Source: Leptospira sp. (GTDB taxonomy: Bacteria; Spirochaetota; Leptospiria; Leptospirales; Leptospiraceae). From it: a DNA stretch of 64,000 bases. The notes below the pieces were generated by a model, which had not been told where the DNA came from, ran no database searches, and saw only the letters and a program-made list of their open reading frames with translations. Of the stretch, positions 53,502-63,568 are shown piece by piece. Location: positions 32,001-96,000 of the forward strand of contig JAWXAQ010000008.1 in NCBI GenBank assembly GCA_034439575.1. The letters run 5' to 3'. The translations under genes were made by a program, and so were the position numbers. Each line of letters starts with the position of its first letter. The stretch's first letter is position 1.

Positions 53502-54892
53502 AAATATTTCTAGTTGGCATTGGCGGAATTGCCATGGGCAATTTAGCTTATATGTTAAAACAATTGGGTCATGAAATATCTGGTTCAGATCAAAATCTGT
53601 ATCCACCTATGTCTGATAAGTTGGTCGAGTGGGGCCTTTCACCTAAATCTGGCTATGCTGCAGAAAATGTGAAAGGTGCAGATTTAGTAATTATTGGAAA
53701 TGCGATTTCTCGTGGCAATCCTGAAGTAGAAGCAGTATTAAATTCCGGCATTGAATACATGAGCATGGCACAAGCGATTGGCCATTTTTTTCTAAAAGGA
53801 AAAAAGCCTATCGTAATCGCAGGAACTCACGGCAAAACGACCACAACCTTTTTAACTCATTATTTATTATCCGAAATTGGATTGGCACCCGGTCTTTTTG
53901 TTGGTGGCATTCGTACTGATGGTCATGCCGGTTTTGATATCGGAAAAGGTGAATATTTTGTCATAGAGGGCGATGAATATGACAGTGCTTTCTTTGATAA
54001 AAGTTCCAAATTTTTACATTACCGTCCATACTATCTCGTGTTAAATGCTCTGGATTTTGACCATGCAGATATTTTTGCTGATTTAGATGCCATAAAAGTT
54101 ATGTTCAAGCGTCTTTTGAATTTGGTGCCGAGCCAAGGTAAGGTATTGTCTTGGAATGGATCAAAGAATTTGAATTCTATTTTAGAAAATTATAAACATG
54201 CTCCTCTTGAAAAATTTGAATTAGGGGAAAAGAATTCTATTTTTAAATATGAAAAAGGAATTCTTTCCGACACCAAAAATAAAAAGGTTTTAAAACCTTC
54301 ATTGATTGGAGCACATAATTACCGCAATGCGGAGGCGGCCATCAGAGTTTGCCTTGAAATTGCACCAAACAAAAGAGAAGAAATTATAAGCGCATTCCTT
54401 CGTTTTCCTGGAGTGAAACGAAGACAGGAAATTTTATTTCGATCTGAAAATAGTTTGTTAGTAGAAGACTTCGCCCATCACCCTGTGGCGATCCATGAAA
54501 CTGTCAAAGCGCACAAACAGGCTTATCCAGATTATAAAATCATTTCTCTTTTTGAACCGAGAAGTGCCACTTCTCATAGAAATGTTTTCCAAGATGATTT
54601 TGCTAAATCGTTTAAAGGTTCAGATCTGACTATGATTACGGAAGTTTACCAATTGAACAAAGTTGGTTCTAAGTCCCGCTTAAATGTTAAAAAGTTAGTT
54701 AAGGATACAAAACTTAAAACTTCAAAACCTGCCATATACTGTAAAGACCCGCGAGATTTGATAAAACACCTAACAAAAGAAATATTGAAATTCAAAAATC
54801 ATAAAATAGTCATATTGGCTATGTCAAATGGTGCTTTCGGTGGAATTTATCCAGACTTGAAATTGTTAATTATAGAAAGAGAAAATAAATGA
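53498..54892 (+). CDS. mpl: murein peptide ligase (UDP-MurNAc:tripeptide ligase)
   Basis: [65 protein letters not shown] favour Mpl over MurC. Confidence 0.82.
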   Translation: MKIFLVGIGGIAMGNLAYMLKQLGHEISGSDQNLYPPMSDKLVEWGLSPKSGYAAENVKGADLVIIGNAISRGNPEVEAVLNSGIEYMSMAQAIGHFFLKGKKPIVIAGTHGKTTTTFLTHYLLSEIGLAPGLFVGGIRTDGHAGFDIGKGEYFVIEGDEYDSAFFDKSSKFLHYRPYYLVLNALDFDHADIFADLDAIKVMFKRLLNLVPSQGKVLSWNGSKNLNSILENYKHAPLEKFELGEKNSIFKYEKGILSDTKNKKVLKPSLIGAHNYRNAEAAIRVCLEIAPNKREEIISAFLRFPGVKRRQEILFRSENSLLVEDFAHHPVAIHETVKAHKQAYPDYKIISLFEPRSATSHRNVFQDDFAKSFKGSDLTMITEVYQLNKVGSKSRLNVKKLVKDTKLKTSKPAIYCKDPRDLIKHLTKEILKFKNHKIVILAMSNGAFGGIYPDLKLLIIERENK

Positions 54893-55914
54893 GTTTACTC
54901 GAAGAAATTCAAACTATTGTAAAAGATGCTGAAACGGCTCTTGTATCCTGTCCTTCTGAAGATCAATTGGATTCTACGAAAAACTTATTCGTTGGTAAAA
55001 AAGGAAAACTAACGTCAGTTTTAAAAGGCATAGCTTCCTTAAGCGTCGAAGAAAAAAAGACTATAGGCAAAATCGCTAACGAAGCACAGACGAAGATTGA
55101 ATCATTTGTAGAAATACAAAGAAACAAACTGAAAGAAGAATTTTACGAAATTAAATTAAAAACAGAATTTTTTGATTCTTTAAGGCCTTTGCCTTCCAAT
55201 GAAAGAGGAACACTTCATCCCATTTCACAAATACAATATGAGATTGAAGATATTTTTACTTCTATGGGTTTTTCGATCATGGATGGTCCTGAAGTAGAAA
55301 CAGATGAAAACAATTTTGGTGCTTTGAATTTTACGGAAGATCATCCTGCAAGAGATATGCAAGATACCTTTTATACAACTGACGGAAATTTGTTGCGAAC
55401 ACATACCTCTGCTATACAGGTCCGAGCACTGCGCAATTTAAAACCACCTTTTCGAATCATTGCACCTGGTCGGGTTTTTCGGTATGAAGAAGTGGATGCA
55501 TCACATGAGAATACATTTTACCAAGTGGAAGGTATGGTTGTCGGAGAAAATATTTCCATTGCCAATTTAATTTATACAATGGAAACTCTTCTCTCGCGTA
55601 TCTTTAGAAAAGAAGTGAAAACACGATTGCGTCCCGGCTATTTCCCGTTTGTCGAACCAGGCTTTGAATTGGACATTCAATGTCTTGTTTGTGAAGGAAA
55701 AGGTTGTTCTGTTTGTAAACAATCTGGCTGGCTTGAGTTATTGCCTTGTGGACTTGTCCATCCAAATGTTCTCGCACATGGTGGACATGATCCGAAAAAA
55801 TGGACAGGATTTGCTTTCGGACTTGGGCTAGATCGTTTGGTGATGATGCGATATGGCATCAATGACATACGATACTTCCAATCCGGAAATCTTAGGTTCC
55901 TAAACCAATTCTAA
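54889..55914 (+). CDS. pheS: phenylalanine--tRNA ligase alpha subunit
   Basis: [34 protein letters not shown]; includes a CxxC-x4-CxxC insert. Confidence 0.97.
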   Translation: MSLLEEIQTIVKDAETALVSCPSEDQLDSTKNLFVGKKGKLTSVLKGIASLSVEEKKTIGKIANEAQTKIESFVEIQRNKLKEEFYEIKLKTEFFDSLRPLPSNERGTLHPISQIQYEIEDIFTSMGFSIMDGPEVETDENNFGALNFTEDHPARDMQDTFYTTDGNLLRTHTSAIQVRALRNLKPPFRIIAPGRVFRYEEVDASHENTFYQVEGMVVGENISIANLIYTMETLLSRIFRKEVKTRLRPGYFPFVEPGFELDIQCLVCEGKGCSVCKQSGWLELLPCGLVHPNVLAHGGHDPKKWTGFAFGLGLDRLVMMRYGINDIRYFQSGNLRFLNQF

Positions 55915-55933
55915 AATTTAGAATTGGTTTAGG
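55899..55933. repeat. perfect 17-bp inverted repeat spanning the pheS stop codon
   Basis: CCTAAACCAATTCTAAA-a-TTTAGAATTGGTTTAGG. Confidence 0.9.
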
Positions 55934-56031
55934 CTAACTCACGTTATTCGTGTTTTAATTTTAATCTACTTTATTAAATAATTCAAAATAGCATTTTACT
56001 GCAAATAGTCGGATCTGATTTTTAAATTCAA

Positions 56032-57558
56032 TTAGAGTTTAACAGACTGTAGTAAACCGTTAATATTTTTTAACTGAACTTTTGTTTGTTTGAAGGATAA
56101 CCCTTCGCTAGTGAGGATTTCCTTTTCATTCTCATCATACAAATTTGTGAGTATCATGGAACCTCTTTCTGTTTGCGCTGCGCATAACACATACGGAGTT
56201 TTTTTATCTCCACCCGCATTGAAGTGGACTGTTGAAATCGAAAGGATTTCGCAAATCTCTCCTTCTTTCGCATCCACTTCATTGATGTGAATCGGCCTTG
56301 AAATTTGTGGGCTTCTCGTCGGATAGTTGTTGTCGTTTGTGCTAAATATGATAACTGAATTGATACTATCAATGCCTCCGTTGCCTCCAAGCAAACTAAC
56401 GCTTGGTGGAGTGCTCAGAGTTTTTGGAATGGGATTGACTGCCAGGCCATATTGCGAAGTCACATCGATTAGACCAGTCACACCTGACAAAGACATGGCG
56501 GCTTGATAATTTAGAATTCCTCCGCCAAAATTTATGGGAAATTCCTTTTTTCCATTTTTAATATTTCCATGTTTGAGTGCTTCTGCCACTTCTTTGCCAG
56601 GAATCCCAAAATATAAACTTGCTTGGTGAATGATCATGCCGGTAAAACAGTCATATATCCAAGCATACTCTACGTCTTCTCTTTTGAGTCCTGAGAGCGA
56701 AAATGCTTTTTCGGCAGCTATACTTGCGGGACTGGCCATTCCTTTTTTTTGATAAAAGTATTCTGCATGAACGGCATGACTTGCCCCAGAAATATATATA
56801 TGTTTTGAATCACTTTTGATGATACCTTTGTCAATTAACTCTTGTTTTTTGGCTTCAGTCGTAATGAGAGTAGCGAAAGCATGATCGGTCACAATGGCAA
56901 TCATTGGAGTGGAGTAAGGTCCAGCAAGAGGCCTACTTAGTTGTTTTTCAGTTAATTCTTTTTTATATTGGAATGCTCTCGGATTATCTATCGCATAACT
57001 ACGAAATAGTTTTGTAATTTCTTTATAATCATCAAGGGTAATGCCCGATTCACTCATTTGCCTTTCTGCAAGTAGGGAATAAAGTCCAATGAGAGTGGCT
57101 CCGTAATTGATCTCATGATCTTTATGGCATACAGTTTCTGTTAGGCGCTTGAGGTCTGAAATTTGACGAAAGACTGATTTTGGGACATCCGCCGCCGCGA
57201 TCAAAACGACAGCATTCGGGTTACTTGTCACTATCGAGTAGGCTTGGTGGATTGCGCCACCCACACTTGCGCCACCTAAATCTACCATATGGCAGGATAT
57301 TCCAGTGAAACCTAGATCATTGGCGTCGCGTACCGCATGACCATAACCACTTCGACCAAGGGAAAGAGAATCTATGGAAACAAAATCAGTAAGATAAGGA
57401 GAGAGTTTTTTCGCATCAGTGCCTAGGAAATCACAGAGTTTATCAACAGAGCGAGAGAGAAGCTGGAAGTATTTCTCCATTGTGCTCGCATTTTTATAAA
57501 AGTCTGAGTCAAATTCTTGTTCAATTGTATCTGCAACACCGATTAAAATAGGTTTCAT
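56032..57558 (-). CDS. thiolase-superfamily protein (SCP2/Ltp2-like) with probable C-terminal OB-fold
   Basis: VDLGGAS, NPRA, AWIYDCFT, PINFGGGIL; C-terminal STVH...PYVLC...ILTNL resembles the DUF35 OB-fold. Confidence 0.75.
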   Translation of the reverse strand: MKPILIGVADTIEQEFDSDFYKNASTMEKYFQLLSRSVDKLCDFLGTDAKKLSPYLTDFVSIDSLSLGRSGYGHAVRDANDLGFTGISCHMVDLGGASVGGAIHQAYSIVTSNPNAVVLIAAADVPKSVFRQISDLKRLTETVCHKDHEINYGATLIGLYSLLAERQMSESGITLDDYKEITKLFRSYAIDNPRAFQYKKELTEKQLSRPLAGPYSTPMIAIVTDHAFATLITTEAKKQELIDKGIIKSDSKHIYISGASHAVHAEYFYQKKGMASPASIAAEKAFSLSGLKREDVEYAWIYDCFTGMIIHQASLYFGIPGKEVAEALKHGNIKNGKKEFPINFGGGILNYQAAMSLSGVTGLIDVTSQYGLAVNPIPKTLSTPPSVSLLGGNGGIDSINSVIIFSTNDNNYPTRSPQISRPIHINEVDAKEGEICEILSISTVHFNAGGDKKTPYVLCAAQTERGSMILTNLYDENEKEILTSEGLSFKQTKVQLKNINGLLQSVKL

Positions 57559-57576
57559 AAAACCTAAAGAATAAGA

Positions 57577-58386
57577 TTAGTCCATCCCGAGCAATGAATT
57601 CATTCGAAAATCTTGTATGATTTGTCGGCATCGTTCAGAAATCAAAATGAGTGATTCGCCAAATTTTTTGTTAGCATAATTTTGAAATGCTCTAGGATAT
57701 TCTCTATCATTCACTTGCACAACTAAGTCCGGATTGATTCTATTTTTAGAAGTTAAATCTTGTATAGCTTGTGTGATATTTTTTAAAGCTAAACAGCCAT
57801 CCCGCAATAATCCTTGGGATACCTTTTCAATCATGATGGGATTTCCGTTGGCATCAAGCAGGCTCTTTGTGATTTCTTGTATTTTTAAGGAAGGCATTCC
57901 TCTACGGGAAAGACCAATTCTTTCCACCATCAAAACTGCATCTTGCAAAAAGGTATATTCAGGGGTTCCTTTGAAAATATTGATAAGAACTGGTAACTCT
58001 TTTTCAGCAAACTCGACCATGGCACCATAGAAGTAACGTAACTCTAGTTTTGCGACAGGATGAAAATCTACCTTCTGGTATTTTTCCAATTTTTCCATGG
58101 ACTCATCCATGATGCGATTGAGGGTACTTGCTTTTGCCGCTTCTTTTTTGGCGACCAGGTCTTGGAATTTACTTTTTAATTGTTCTAAAAATGAGATTTC
58201 TTCTAGTAAAAATTTTCCTACATTGCCACGTACTTTTAGCATTTGAATGTATCTAGTTTCAAAACTAATTTGGTCGAAAGCCTTTGGATTTAATTTTCCA
58301 TGTTCTTGGTATTCACTGCGAATTTTTTCTAATAGATTTTTTGTTTCGATTTCTGATAATTCTTTGCTCATTTTTGATTTTTCCAA
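57577..58386 (-). CDS. hypothetical helical protein
   Basis: 269-aa ORF in an overlapping minus-strand operon. Confidence 0.75.
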   Translation of the reverse strand: MEKSKMSKELSEIETKNLLEKIRSEYQEHGKLNPKAFDQISFETRYIQMLKVRGNVGKFLLEEISFLEQLKSKFQDLVAKKEAAKASTLNRIMDESMEKLEKYQKVDFHPVAKLELRYFYGAMVEFAEKELPVLINIFKGTPEYTFLQDAVLMVERIGLSRRGMPSLKIQEITKSLLDANGNPIMIEKVSQGLLRDGCLALKNITQAIQDLTSKNRINPDLVVQVNDREYPRAFQNYANKKFGESLILISERCRQIIQDFRMNSLLGMD

Positions 58387-59399
58387 TTATCCACTTCCAT
58401 AATTGTTTTATCGAGATCTTGCGAAAAATACAATGAAGCATTTTTCGCATCTACGTACATCAATTGGTTCGGGTATTGTAATTGTTTGACCTGGGAATCT
58501 GTTTTTAGATTTAATAAATTCAATAATTGTAAACTTAGTACTTTCATATCCTTCACAATTGTTGTCGTGTGACGTTGCATTTCAAATAAGTGAAGTTTGT
58601 CCAATTTTTCTCTGTCCGATTCTATAAATCGCATCTCTTCGCGCATATCTGCAGGAGCCTTAGAGATATAATATGTAATTGGACGAGGATAAGAGGTCAT
58701 TTCTTTATGCATATCGACCATTTTATCTATAGATTCAAATATTTGTGCTTCAAATTCGCGAGCAAGGTTTCCCACAATATTCTTATTTTCAGATGGATCG
58801 CCAGTAAGTTCAAAAATACGAGAAGACTGAATGTTGCGAATGATCGCATTTGCTTTTTCTTTATAAGATGTGAGAACTTTAATAAAATGTTCAATCAATT
58901 GACCAGGAACACGAGCTTCTGGTTTATCTAAATTGATGGCCGCAGGAGATTCATCTTTTGAAGTTGTATTGCCAAGAGTGGAATCAATTTTTGATTCTTG
59001 GATTCCCATAATATCAAGATCCGTATCGCCACCTAGCAGTGATTCTTCGCTATTGGGCCCTCCCGATCTCGGAGACGACCTCCTGTCAATTTCTCCATCA
59101 TCTGGCGTATGGATGGGTTTTGAAGGTGCCGACTCGACTGGTAACTTGACCTGAGGTGCCACAATGTCTGGTGTTTTCTGAGGTGCATCGACCGTTGATT
59201 TTACGACTTCAACACCTTGCACTGTTGTAATTTTTATAATTTCAATTCTACGTGTGTCTTTGTTAAACCTTAGCGCATAGCGATTGTTATCATTGTCAAT
59301 AAACCTTTGATTGATCTGAGAAATCGAAAGTTTATTGGGATCTATCTCTGAGATATTTCCAATTTTTATATAAGTTTGTTTTCCTTTTTCTGGGTTCAC
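58368..59399 (-). CDS. hypothetical protein
   Basis: 343 aa: small N-terminal domain, disordered linker, helical C-terminus. Confidence 0.75.
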   Translation of the reverse strand: MNPEKGKQTYIKIGNISEIDPNKLSISQINQRFIDNDNNRYALRFNKDTRRIEIIKITTVQGVEVVKSTVDAPQKTPDIVAPQVKLPVESAPSKPIHTPDDGEIDRRSSPRSGGPNSEESLLGGDTDLDIMGIQESKIDSTLGNTTSKDESPAAINLDKPEARVPGQLIEHFIKVLTSYKEKANAIIRNIQSSRIFELTGDPSENKNIVGNLAREFEAQIFESIDKMVDMHKEMTSYPRPITYYISKAPADMREEMRFIESDREKLDKLHLFEMQRHTTTIVKDMKVLSLQLLNLLNLKTDSQVKQLQYPNQLMYVDAKNASLYFSQDLDKTIMEVDNWKNQK

Positions 59400-59716
59400 A
59401 ATCGCAGTATGTCCAATAATGTCTCTGTAAAAGCATATGATAATAGCATATTTGGGTCAACTTCGATCTCTTGCGACTTACGATATAAGTAAAAAAAATC
59501 TGTTTCGGTTAGATGAACTCTCTCAAAGTAAGAACTTTGTTTCTGATTCGTTTCCCAGATTGATATATCTCTCAATTGAAGTTCCAAGAGGGCAATTCTT
59601 ATGATAAACCCCAATTCTAGATGTTTTTCTTTTAGGATGTTTGCCAATTCTTTGTCGAATTGTAGTAATGTATAAAACATAATTCCCTCAGATTCTAAGG
59701 TGACAGATTGTAGCAA
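59396..59716 (-). CDS. hypothetical protein
   Basis: 106-aa ORF overlapping the next gene by 4 nt (GTGA); start uncertain. Confidence 0.55.
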   Translation of the reverse strand: MLQSVTLESEGIMFYTLLQFDKELANILKEKHLELGFIIRIALLELQLRDISIWETNQKQSSYFERVHLTETDFFYLYRKSQEIEVDPNMLLSYAFTETLLDILRL

Positions 59717-59800
59717 TCGGTACTGAAATTTTTATCTTTCGCCTTGACCCACAGACTGGTACTCAAAAGATAAGTAAAAATTCCTCGTAGGGGACGTTCC

Positions 59801-60076
59801 TTGGCTAATTTAAGATCCTCCAAAAAAGACATCAGACGCTCAGAGCGTCGCAAAGAGCGCAACGCTCAGGATAAAACTGAGATGCGTACATATGCACGTA
59901 ATTTGTTAAAAGCGATAAAAATCGGAAACAAAGACGAGGCACTTACTGTATTTAGTAAGTATGCTTCTAGATTAGATAGAGCAGCTAAAACGAAACTCAT
60001 TCATAAAAAAAATGCAGATCGTAAGAAAGCACGTATGGCAGCTCGTATCAATGCTATTGGCGCAACTGCCGCATAA
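59801..60076 (+). CDS. rpsT: 30S ribosomal protein S20
   Basis: MANLRSSKKDIR, LDRAAK..LIHKKNADRKKAR. Confidence 0.96.
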   Translation: MANLRSSKKDIRRSERRKERNAQDKTEMRTYARNLLKAIKIGNKDEALTVFSKYASRLDRAAKTKLIHKKNADRKKARMAARINAIGATAA

Positions 60077-60101
60077 TCCTTGTTCACATAAGATTTATGC
60101 G

Positions 60102-60128
60102 AAAAGGTCACCTAGTGTGGCCTTTTTT
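60102..60128 (+). terminator. intrinsic terminator after rpsT
   Basis: AAAAGGTCAC-ctagt-GTGGCCTTTT followed by further Ts. Confidence 0.75.
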
Positions 60129-60178
60129 ATTTTTAAATAGACACCAGAGAGCAACGCGATTTTACTGGCATTACGAAC

Positions 60179-60251
60179 GGGCGATTAGCTCAGCTGGGAG
60201 AGCAGCTGCCTTACAAGCAGCGGGTCGGCAGTTCAATCCTGTCATCGCCCA
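60179..60251 (+). tRNA. tRNA-Val (anticodon TAC), CCA not encoded
   Basis: Full cloverleaf: acceptor GGGCGAT/ATCGCCC, D-stem GCTC/GAGC, anticodon arm GCTGC-CTTACAA-GCAGC, T-loop TTCAATC. Confidence 0.97.
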
Positions 60252-60369
60252 ATTCCGTTTTTTTACATCTAAAACCCTCGAGTCCTAGAGAGGGATTTCT
60301 TTCCCTACCCCCATCTTCCTTGAAAAAGATAGACTTCCCTAGTATTTGCACCACATTGGACTTTGATAT

Positions 60370-61746
60370 ATGATCGTTAACAGAGAATACAATCTCTCGT
60401 CCCTTATGATTTCGATTTCAGGTGTCCGTGGTAAAATCAATCATGGATTCGGTTTACCTGAAGCTTTATTATTTGCTCAATCTTTTGCCACCATGATGAA
60501 GGGCCAAACAACTGTCATTGGTCGTGATTCTAGACCTAGTGGTCCTTATTTTGAAAATTTATTAACCGCATCTCTCCTTGCACTTGATTGCAATGTTTTA
60601 ACTTTAGGACTAGTTCCGACTCCGACAACGAAAGCTGTAGTCAAACTTTCCAAGTCAAAGGGCGGAATTATGATTTCTGCTTCGCATAACCCGATGGAGT
60701 GGAATGCATTTAAATTTATTTCCAAAGATGGTTTTTTCTTTAATGCAAAAGAAAATGAAACACTTTTGTCTATTTTGAAATCTGGAAATTTTGCTAAAGA
60801 ACTGATCCATCCAAAGGCATATGTGGAATCTGGTGAAGATTATATAGATCTTCACATCAAATCGGTGTTAGCAAGAGTCAATGTTCAAAAGATTAAAAAG
60901 AAAAAATTCAAAGTTTTCGTGGATGCTGTCGGAGGGGCTGGTTCATTTGTAATTCCAAATTTACTTCGCCAATTGGGCTGTTCGGTGATCGAACATAACT
61001 GTAAGCCAGATGGTACATTTCCACGTCCTCCAGAACCCACACCGAGCGCACTCGTATCTTCAGAAAAAGCATTCAAAAAATCAAAGGCAGATATAGGCTT
61101 CGCACTCGATCCCGATGCAGATAGACTTGTTTTATTCACACCAAAACGTGGCGCGATATCGGAAGAATTGACTCTTCCTTTAGCACTTCGCAGTGTCCTT
61201 CGTGGTGCCAAAAAAGGAAGTAAGGTGGTCGTAAATTTATCAACAAGTTTCTTAAATGAATTTGTTGCTGATGTATTTGGTGCGAAAGTCATTCGGTCAA
61301 AAGTTGGTGAGGCCAATGTCGTAGAAGAGATGCTCGCAAACAAAGCTGTATTTGGTGGAGAGGGGAATGGTGGTGTTATCGATCCAAATATCCCTTCGTT
61401 TGGAAGGGATACACTTTCAGGAATTGCACATATCTTAAATTTAATGGCCGAGGAAAATCTCAAAATAGATGATTTTGTTTCAGAACTTCCAGACATCCAA
61501 ATGACAAAACTTTCTTTTCCATTAGCCAAAGATTTTTCGTTGGATAGTCTTTTTGAAAAATTTCGAGAAGGCTTCCCAAAAGCCGAAGTTTCCATCAAAG
61601 ACGGATTGTGGTTATCGGAAGGTGATAGGTGGATACATATTAGACCATCTAACACGGAACCTATATTTAGAGTGATCGCAGAATCAAGGTCAAAATCAGA
61701 TCTGGACTTAACCTTAAAGAGGGTAAAACAATGTGTGGAATCGTAG
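60370..61746 (+). CDS. glmM: phosphoglucosamine mutase (phosphohexomutase family)
   Basis: SISGVRG, GRDSR, SASHNP, DPDADR, VGEANV, GGEGNGG, RPSNTEP; overlaps glmS. Confidence 0.85.
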   Translation: MIVNREYNLSSLMISISGVRGKINHGFGLPEALLFAQSFATMMKGQTTVIGRDSRPSGPYFENLLTASLLALDCNVLTLGLVPTPTTKAVVKLSKSKGGIMISASHNPMEWNAFKFISKDGFFFNAKENETLLSILKSGNFAKELIHPKAYVESGEDYIDLHIKSVLARVNVQKIKKKKFKVFVDAVGGAGSFVIPNLLRQLGCSVIEHNCKPDGTFPRPPEPTPSALVSSEKAFKKSKADIGFALDPDADRLVLFTPKRGAISEELTLPLALRSVLRGAKKGSKVVVNLSTSFLNEFVADVFGAKVIRSKVGEANVVEEMLANKAVFGGEGNGGVIDPNIPSFGRDTLSGIAHILNLMAEENLKIDDFVSELPDIQMTKLSFPLAKDFSLDSLFEKFREGFPKAEVSIKDGLWLSEGDRWIHIRPSNTEPIFRVIAESRSKSDLDLTLKRVKQCVES

Positions 61747-63566
61747 GATATTTAGGTAAAAGAGAAGCATTACCAATCATCATTAAGGGATTGAAACGCT
61801 TAGAATATCGAGGTTATGATAGTGCCGGCGTAGCAATGTTAAACGGCAATCTAGAAATTGTAAAAAAGAAAGGCAAAGTATCTGATCTTGAAATTGAGAT
61901 CGGGCAAAGACAATTAAGTGCAAGTGTTGGGATCGGACATACTCGTTGGGCCACTCACGGGGAACCGAATGACAAAAATGCACACCCTCATGCAAGTTCT
62001 GATGGAAAACTCGCCATCATACACAATGGTATCATAGAAAATTATTCTTCAATCAAAAAAGAATTAGAATTATCAGGTCACAAATTTCTTTCCGACACAG
62101 ATACCGAAGTATTAATCCACTTAATCGAAGAAATCAAAACGCAAAACAAATGTTCGATCGAAGAAGCAGTTCGATTAGCATTAAATGAAGTTGTCGGTGC
62201 CTATGCCATCGTCGTTTTATCCCAAGAAGACGAACGTACATTAATTGCCGCACGCAAAGGTTCTCCGCTTGTTATTGGTATCGGAAAAGATGAATACTTT
62301 ATAGCATCTGATGCGACACCTATCATCGAATATACGAGTGAAGTAACTTACTTAAATGATAGAGAAATGGCAATCATTAAAGACGGAAGTTTGATAGTAA
62401 AAAGTTTAGAAAATATTGTTAAAACCCCTTTCATACAAAAATTAGAATTGGATTTAGAAGATATAGAAAAAGGTGGATATCCACATTTTATGCTCAAAGA
62501 AATCTTTGAGCAACCACGTTCCATTCGTGATGCCATGAGAGGACGTCTGGTTTCCGCAGAACAATATCTTGTATTAAGTGGTATTGATCAATATTTGAAT
62601 CGATTTGTGAACGCAGAACGGATGTTACTTATTGGTTGTGGCACTTCTTGGCATGCGGGTCTGATCGGAGAATATCTTTTTGAAGACCTGGCTCGTATTC
62701 CAACGGAAGTAGAATACGCATCTGAATTTCGTTATAGAAATCCGGTGATCCGTGATAAGGACATTGTGATCGCCGTATCTCAGTCAGGTGAAACAGCCGA
62801 TACATTAGCGGCCATAGAACTTGCAAAATCAAAAGGTGCTTTAATTTTTGGAGTTTGTAACGTCGTCGGATCTTCAATTGCCAGAGCTGCAGACGCGGGT
62901 GCTTATTTGCATGCTGGTCCAGAAATTGGAGTGGCTTCTACGAAAGCATTTACATCTCAAGTGACTATCCTTGCTATGATGGCAATGTATCTTGGTCTTA
63001 AAAAAGGTACAATTTCTAAATCAAAATACCAAGAGTTATTATTTGGTTTAGATACGATTCCCGATAAAGTAGCATCCATTTTGGGTCACGCTGACCAAAT
63101 CTTGGAGATTTCAAAATCTTTTTACAAGGCAACTAACTTCCTTTATTTGGGTCGAGGGTATAACTTTCCTGTAGCCTTGGAAGGTGCGCTTAAATTAAAA
63201 GAAATTTCGTATATTCATGCCGAAGGTTATCCTGCCGCAGAGATGAAACATGGTCCTATTGCCCTTATTGATGAAGATATGCCTGTGGTATTTATTGCCA
63301 CAAAGGACAATTCGTACGAAAAAGTAATTTCAAATATTCAAGAAGTAAAAGCAAGAAAAGGAAAAGTGATTGCGATCGTGACAGAGGGTGATAAAGAAAT
63401 TAAAGAAATGGCAGATTTTACGTTTGAGATTCCGAGTATTGCTGATCCATTGGTTCCTCTATTAGCGGTCGTCCCATTGCAGTTGTTATCTTATCATATT
63501 GCGATTCTTAGGGGATGTAATGTGGATCAACCTCGTAATTTAGCTAAGTCAGTCACGGTAGAATAA
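61731..63566 (+). CDS. glmS: glutamine--fructose-6-phosphate transaminase
   Basis: MCGIVG, LEYRGYDSAG, GHTRWATHG, SQSGETADT, EGALKLKE, PRNLAKSVTVE. Confidence 0.97.
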   Translation: MCGIVGYLGKREALPIIIKGLKRLEYRGYDSAGVAMLNGNLEIVKKKGKVSDLEIEIGQRQLSASVGIGHTRWATHGEPNDKNAHPHASSDGKLAIIHNGIIENYSSIKKELELSGHKFLSDTDTEVLIHLIEEIKTQNKCSIEEAVRLALNEVVGAYAIVVLSQEDERTLIAARKGSPLVIGIGKDEYFIASDATPIIEYTSEVTYLNDREMAIIKDGSLIVKSLENIVKTPFIQKLELDLEDIEKGGYPHFMLKEIFEQPRSIRDAMRGRLVSAEQYLVLSGIDQYLNRFVNAERMLLIGCGTSWHAGLIGEYLFEDLARIPTEVEYASEFRYRNPVIRDKDIVIAVSQSGETADTLAAIELAKSKGALIFGVCNVVGSSIARAADAGAYLHAGPEIGVASTKAFTSQVTILAMMAMYLGLKKGTISKSKYQELLFGLDTIPDKVASILGHADQILEISKSFYKATNFLYLGRGYNFPVALEGALKLKEISYIHAEGYPAAEMKHGPIALIDEDMPVVFIATKDNSYEKVISNIQEVKARKGKVIAIVTEGDKEIKEMADFTFEIPSIADPLVPLLAVVPLQLLSYHIAILRGCNVDQPRNLAKSVTVE

Positions 63567-63568
63567 AT

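Noticed and set aside
60179-60370. tRNA-Val as an integration site
   Set aside because: No integrase, no duplicated tRNA 3' end seen, and core genes on both sides.
60885-61655. 256-aa minus-strand ORF
   Set aside because: Lies wholly antisense to glmM with no recognisable motifs; a shadow ORF. The same applies to the other short nested ORFs in the track.
61600-61731. glmS ribozyme
   Set aside because: glmS overlaps glmM, leaving no leader, and I saw no ribozyme consensus.
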